Part shown: piece after piece, positions 25,960 to 30,688 of the stretch
Position numbering within the stretch: position 1 is the first letter of the stretch
Layout of the letters: each line of letters starts with the position of its first letter
From: Promethearchaeota archaeon
GTDB taxonomy: Archaea; Asgardarchaeota; Lokiarchaeia; Sigyniarchaeales; SOKP01
Length of the DNA: 30,688 nucleotides
Direction of reading: 5' to 3'
Assembly: GCA_016930515.1 (NCBI GenBank)
Contig: JAFGGO010000038.1
Span: 1 to 30,688, forward strand
Translations under genes and position numbers: made by a program
Notes under the pieces: generated by a model
What the model was told of the DNA's origin: nothing
Databases searched by the model: none
The model's input: only the letters and a program-made list of their open reading frames with translations

Positions 25960-26733
25960 TTATTTAAAACCCTTACAAAATGCCGCCACATTTTTTGGCA
26001 ACACATCGTGATTGTATCCCCCTTCAAAAAGTGCGTATCTCCGACCTTTGCAGAGCTTTTCGGAATACTTTTTCATGAGATTTCCAATTTTAGAGTAGTC
26101 TTCTGCTGATAAAAGATGACCCCAATCTTCGAGTCCTTGATCGAATCCCGCCGAAGCACAGAAAATATCGATATCTTCGAGTTGTTCCATGTAGTCTTTT
26201 ATTTCATCGATGTATGATCTTCCACTTCGTTCGTCTCTTGGATTCAAAATGTTCACTTTAAAATCGTCGCTCCTGCTTGAAAGAATGTTAATATTGCCAT
26301 CACCTACATGAAGGTCAAAATCAAGTATAAATGCGGACTTTATTTTTTTATCTGTGTATAACTTGAGCAAGCTCACGCTCACATTATTGAAAAAACAGAA
26401 TCCCCAACAACCATCAGCTGAAGCGTGATGTCCGGGAGGTCTAATCAAGGCAAACGAGGGTGAGCCCATGAAGGCTTCTTCTGCAGCCATTATAGCACCT
26501 CCTGCGGCGAGAGAAGCTAATTTGTACAAAAGGGAGTCTTTCTTGATATAGGATAAATGATGTTTCGTATGTGCTCGTAAAATATCTTCATCTTGAGCTG
26601 GTGAAGGCTCTTGAAAAATTAAATTCTTATCTTGCAACAATAGTTCTACTATTCCTTCCAACCTTCCCGAAGCTGCTGCGGGGTCTCGAGAATAAGTAGA
26701 ATTGTAAAATTTTTCGCTAAATATAATTTTCAT
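25960..26733 (-). CDS. Histone deacetylase/AcuC family Zn-dependent deacetylase
   Basis: RPPGHHA, GFCFFNN, DFDLHVGDG, SAGFD, EGGY motifs. Confidence 0.93.
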   Translation of the reverse strand: MKIIFSEKFYNSTYSRDPAAASGRLEGIVELLLQDKNLIFQEPSPAQDEDILRAHTKHHLSYIKKDSLLYKLASLAAGGAIMAAEEAFMGSPSFALIRPPGHHASADGCWGFCFFNNVSVSLLKLYTDKKIKSAFILDFDLHVGDGNINILSSRSDDFKVNILNPRDERSGRSYIDEIKDYMEQLEDIDIFCASAGFDQGLEDWGHLLSAEDYSKIGNLMKKYSEKLCKGRRYALFEGGYNHDVLPKNVAAFCKGFK

Positions 26734-26851
26734 AAAAAATCTCTCTTAATTATCATCTTTCATTTATAAATAGAAGATATTATTATTTATAATATTTTTA
26801 TTTACTTAGGAATAATTTATGCTTCTTAACGACAGGAAATAGAAGATTATA

Positions 26852-29281
26852 ATGAATGATAATATCAAAGGAAAAATGGTTAACACAACAATCGGTTCTA
26901 AGGCTCTAGATAAAGATGGATCGGCAATAAGCGCGTGCCGAGTGGATGTAGAAAGAGCTTATAAGAACGTGAGTAAATTGTTGCAGAAATTTATTCAAGA
27001 TAATGACAAGGAATCGTGGACAGAAATAAAAGTTCACATTAATTACATTTACAATAATTTATCTAAATCATTAATAGCACTTGATCAAGAAACTGGATAC
27101 ATAGCAGAAATTAAAAATAGAACATCAAAGGGTCAAAACCTCTTATTCAAGCCAAACTTAGTAAGCATGGAAAATATAAATCCATATAATCAAGGCTCCG
27201 CCTTCGGAAGCAATGCCGTAACAAATTGGACCGTAATGGCAGCTTTATTAAGATTCTTTCACGATGATGTGGGCATAAGCTATTATAAAATGTCCATGGG
27301 AGAAGCATCGTCCAATTCTGCGTGGTTAGCTGCTCATTATACGCTTTTAAAGGGGAGTAAGGTTACTCCCGAAGCAACAATGGAAGGTCGATCTGACGAT
27401 TTTTACGGTGGTCATGGTTTTTATTTCGTTCGCAAGTATCTCTCTGAAGAGTCGAGTACATCATTAGAAGATGACGCCATGAAAGGTTTCAAGGAAAGCG
27501 TGGCAGGAACTTTCATCCCTCCAGGCTTGGCCTCGGATAAACTTATGGTTTACGATTTAAATAAGCTTTCTGACTCTACAAGGGGTCGAGAGGTTTCAAT
27601 TCTTGATGGAGAAAACTTTAAATCACTCGTCCTACACAAGATCATTATTGGTGGTGACCCAGGGGACCCCGAAGACCTTGCTTTGTATCCTCCACCCGTT
27701 ATAATTAATGTTTCGAAACTCAAGGTTCACACCCAATCTTTAATAACGAACGCTATAAAGAATTTTGGAATAGGATTCTATTCAATGGAAGTGCCCGATG
27801 ATAGTAATACAGATTGGAAATACGCAAAGCCAGATTTCAAGATCCCAACCATTAGATCTCCGATTCCGCATCAAGTTTGGATACCTGAACAGGACCCTAT
27901 TACATTTATTCCCAAAAAAGACGCTAATGGGAAGTATATCGTTAAAAAGACGGGTGGATTGACGGGTACTATTCTTGACATGGTAAAAGCAGTTGTAAAT
28001 CAAGGAATCTACATGCTTCATATCGTTGATAGTATTAATGCTGTTAATCTCGATCACCAAGGAATTGGATTTGGGCGAGAAGTTTCAGAAGGGCTCTTGT
28101 TTGCAAGTCTGGATCCCGTGGCTATTGATCTCTTATGTGCTCGTTATATTTTTAGTAATGTAGGATTAAAAGAGTCAAGAGAAGCGGGGTTAAAAGATGG
28201 AGCTGGGGGTTATTTTCCACAAGCTGTACCTGTTCCAAAATACGATGGATCTCAAATCATAACAGAAAAGGGATACGATTGTCCCATTCAAAGAGATCTC
28301 CTTTTATTGCGTGCAGAACAAGAAGGGTTTGGTAAGAGGGATTATTATGTTGTTGGACATGACGATTTAACGGATAATTCATTGGCCTCTGTTGAGGGAA
28401 GATTAGGTTTTATAAAAGAAGGTCAATTTAACGAAATCATTACAAATACCCTTTATTTCGATATTTACAAACTCCCATGGGACCTACAGAAGACTTTTTT
28501 CAATTATTTAGACGCAATCGAAAAAGTAGAGGGAATCGCTTTAAAACACGATTTTATCGATATTTTTGACGAAGATAAGAACGGTATTGTGGATTTCGAA
28601 GAATTCGGTAAAAAAGGTTTATGGGGAACCACGATGTATATTAACAGTCATTATTTAAGCGCTAGAGGCTTAAAAGACGAGTCTGAAATGTATCGAACCC
28701 TTTTTGCTACCTTGGGAACGAGGTTCCGAAATACGAATCCTAAATGGAATCCAGGAGAGCACGACATCCAACGAGAAAATTCATGGGGGTCGATAACTAT
28801 CTTAGGACTCAACATGTATCAAGCAAGGGAAGAAAAAGACGATCCATTTATTAAAGAGTTGAAATGGGGAAAGGGTAAATGGCCAAGCTTTACATTTACT
28901 CACAATATTTACGTGCACCAACAACTTTATGGTTTTAAATTTCCCGCAAGCATAACAACGACAAGTTTGTATGGAATAGCATTTTGCAATGCAGATTACA
29001 CCCAAAATAGAAAAAAATATATTGGACCCATTCGAGGATTTCCTGAACCAAACTCGGTCGATAAATATTTAGAAGCCGTATCAAATGGAGAACAAGAACC
29101 ATTAGATTTCACATTCTATGTACCAATAGGATATGGCGTAAACGGAAAAATCCCAAATGTCCAGGAAACCTCAGATCCGGAAAAGATTCTCACGGTAAAG
29201 TTCAATGGAGGGACCATTCGATGGCCAGATGCTCGACCAGCACCCTTAAAAAAAAAAGAGTTAGATCTAGTGATTGAATAG
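26852..29281 (+). CDS. Large DUF362 domain protein with an EF-hand-like loop
   Basis: LLFKPNLV, MSMGEA, KLKVH..SLITNAIKN.GIG, ASLDPVAIDLLCA; DEDKNGIVDFEE loop. Confidence 0.78.
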   Translation: MNDNIKGKMVNTTIGSKALDKDGSAISACRVDVERAYKNVSKLLQKFIQDNDKESWTEIKVHINYIYNNLSKSLIALDQETGYIAEIKNRTSKGQNLLFKPNLVSMENINPYNQGSAFGSNAVTNWTVMAALLRFFHDDVGISYYKMSMGEASSNSAWLAAHYTLLKGSKVTPEATMEGRSDDFYGGHGFYFVRKYLSEESSTSLEDDAMKGFKESVAGTFIPPGLASDKLMVYDLNKLSDSTRGREVSILDGENFKSLVLHKIIIGGDPGDPEDLALYPPPVIINVSKLKVHTQSLITNAIKNFGIGFYSMEVPDDSNTDWKYAKPDFKIPTIRSPIPHQVWIPEQDPITFIPKKDANGKYIVKKTGGLTGTILDMVKAVVNQGIYMLHIVDSINAVNLDHQGIGFGREVSEGLLFASLDPVAIDLLCARYIFSNVGLKESREAGLKDGAGGYFPQAVPVPKYDGSQIITEKGYDCPIQRDLLLLRAEQEGFGKRDYYVVGHDDLTDNSLASVEGRLGFIKEGQFNEIITNTLYFDIYKLPWDLQKTFFNYLDAIEKVEGIALKHDFIDIFDEDKNGIVDFEEFGKKGLWGTTMYINSHYLSARGLKDESEMYRTLFATLGTRFRNTNPKWNPGEHDIQRENSWGSITILGLNMYQAREEKDDPFIKELKWGKGKWPSFTFTHNIYVHQQLYGFKFPASITTTSLYGIAFCNADYTQNRKKYIGPIRGFPEPNSVDKYLEAVSNGEQEPLDFTFYVPIGYGVNGKIPNVQETSDPEKILTVKFNGGTIRWPDARPAPLKKKELDLVIE

Positions 29282-29399
29282 AATAGACGAAAATTATATT
29301 TATTTAATATTTCTTTTAATGATTTCAAAAACAATGATATAACAGAAGAAATTTATACAAAATAAAAATTATTAATAATATTAACGAGTGAGTTATTTT

Positions 29400-30191
29400 A
29401 TGGAATACTACAAGATTACACTTGAGAAAGATTTATTAGAATGGGGAAAAGTACTGTCAGTTGGAGAATTAGTTCAAGAAATAAACGATAAACTCGTTAA
29501 TAAGGGATTTAATAAAACTAACTCTAGGCTTGTTTTTAGCGTATGTTCTGATGATTGTAATAGATTAGCAGAACGAGAAACGATAGAAAAAGCCTTAACA
29601 AAGATTTTTAATCGAGAATTTCATTTGGGAGGTCTTGCAGCCTATCCCGTAGGAGGAGTTTCGGGAATAGTCGCTGCAAGTCATCATCCACCAGATTTGA
29701 AAACCCTTGATGGTAGAAAGGAACGAGCGGGTAATCTAATCATTTTCGCAAGCCCCCATTTTGGTATAATTAAGAAAGAAACCCTGATTTACGGAAGTTT
29801 CATAAGACCTGGACAACAAAAACCAACTGCGTCCTGTGGTGCAATGATGGGATTTCTAAGCGCTTTGAAAGCCGCAAAAAACACAAATAAACTACGTCCT
29901 AGAGTTGAAGATACAAGTTTGGACCCATCTAAAAAAGTACTTTACAAGCAATTAATTGCAAATTATTCAGATCGACTCAACACACTCCTCAAATTAGACG
30001 ATGTTAACAATCAAGTGCTCGAATTATTTAAAATCAACCATGACCTTGTTGAAAGTAAGCTCTTACAAATGATCGCTGAATTCAAGAAAAAAGAACCCTT
30101 TTCAGGAAACATGGCATTCATCAGCGGAATCACCATTAATACTACGGATAAGGATTATTTTATTTTAAAGCAAATCAAATACTTAAATTAG
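29400..30191 (+). CDS. LCIB/LCIC-family (theta-class) carbonic anhydrase-like protein
   Basis: SVCSDDCN, FHLGGLAAYPVGGVSG...HHPPD, FASPHFGI and RPGQ....SCGAM, giving the Cys/His/Cys Zn ligands of the LCIB family. Start is ATG 29400 or GTG 29388. Confidence 0.8.
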   Translation: MEYYKITLEKDLLEWGKVLSVGELVQEINDKLVNKGFNKTNSRLVFSVCSDDCNRLAERETIEKALTKIFNREFHLGGLAAYPVGGVSGIVAASHHPPDLKTLDGRKERAGNLIIFASPHFGIIKKETLIYGSFIRPGQQKPTASCGAMMGFLSALKAAKNTNKLRPRVEDTSLDPSKKVLYKQLIANYSDRLNTLLKLDDVNNQVLELFKINHDLVESKLLQMIAEFKKKEPFSGNMAFISGITINTTDKDYFILKQIKYLN

Positions 30192-30203
30192 AAACTACAT
30201 AAT

Positions 30204-30656
30204 TTACTTAGAAGTTTTTCCGGTTATTGTTTCCAATCGTAATCTTATAATAGTAATCTTGTTAACTACTTTTTTTCAAATTCATCATATTCCTCTTGAG
30301 CGTAATATTTCATGATAATTTTCAATGCTTAATTTTTTTCTGCATCGTTTTGTACGAGTTCTGACTGGTCAAAGGCGATAATGCTTTTGTATCTTGACCA
30401 CCATTCACAAGCTTTTTGAGAAGGAATTATTTCAGATTCCAAATCCATTTGAACGCCTATTTTATTATTTTGTTTGATAATATCGATTTTCTTTTCTTCT
30501 TTTGCTGAATGGATATATATCGCATTATCACCATAACCATAAAATACTGGACCAATGTATATTATTTAAAGCCATTGCAATTCGACAGAATCGTGCCTCC
30601 TCAATTATTTTCTCTATTTCAATTGGATCAATAATTTCTCGGTCTTGTCTTCTCAT
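30204..30656 (-). pseudogene. Pseudogene of a NimA/pyridoxamine 5'-phosphate oxidase-like flavin-binding protein
   Basis: Reconstructed: MRRQDREIIDPIEIEKIIEEARFCRIAMALNN / YIGPVFYGYGDNAIYIHSAKEEKKIDIIKQNNKIG...ACEWWSRYKSIIAF...AEKN*ALKIIMKYY...FEK / VVNKITIIRLRLETITGKTSK*. Two frameshifts and one in-frame TAA. Confidence 0.88.
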
Positions 30657-30688
30657 AATATGGATAATTTTTAATAACTAAAAATTTA

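Noticed and set aside
4926-26733. SET + HDAC + TFBs as one eukaryote-like chromatin locus
   Set aside because: SET and HDAC are over 20 kb apart with unrelated genes between them, no histone gene is present, and both families are widespread in prokaryotes.
1-30688. CRISPR arrays, tRNA/rRNA, transposases, integrases, defence systems, selenocysteine or pyrrolysine readthrough
   Set aside because: I saw no regularly spaced DNA repeats, GC-rich structured RNA segments or mobile-element motifs; the in-frame stops found are TAA or frameshift-related. Short ncRNAs cannot be excluded without a covariance-model search.

Overview
AT-rich archaeal chromosomal segment, most likely from an Asgard archaeon of the Lokiarchaeia/Promethearchaeia. 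The evidence is two TFB-family genes, a surface protein ending in an IPGY-TM-basic Loki-CTERM-type sorting signal, frequent TTG/GTG starts, GGTG/GAGGT ribosome-binding sites and oligo-T terminators; the taxonomy is inferred, not confirmed. I see no rRNA, tRNA, CRISPR array or mobile element. Contents in order: small hypothetical protein; DmpI-like tautomerase; HEAT-repeat protein; split two-gene MgtE/SLC41-type transporter with a (PhoU-RCK_C)x2 partner; SET-domain protein; endonuclease IV; giant HEAT-repeat protein; DUF1444-like protein; aldehyde:ferredoxin oxidoreductase; PPC/CTERM surface protein; nitroreductase; TFB; membrane protein; divergent TFB paralog; two tandem P-type ATPases; DUF362 protein; MOT1-type molybdate/tungstate transporter; an uncalled 51-aa ORF; HDAC-family deacetylase; large DUF362 protein with an EF-hand; LCIB/theta-class carbonic anhydrase; NimA/PNPOx-like pseudogene. 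The strongest candidate for a new system is the ATPase pair. Both have an intact P2 (SERCA-like) catalytic core, but the transport site is rewired the same way in each: M4 PEGL becomes P(V/I)NL, reminiscent of the PISL motif of P4 lipid flippases, and the M6 Asp becomes His. A default Ca2+-ATPase annotation is therefore probably wrong and the substrate is unknown. The pair lies directly behind the divergent TFB paralog.
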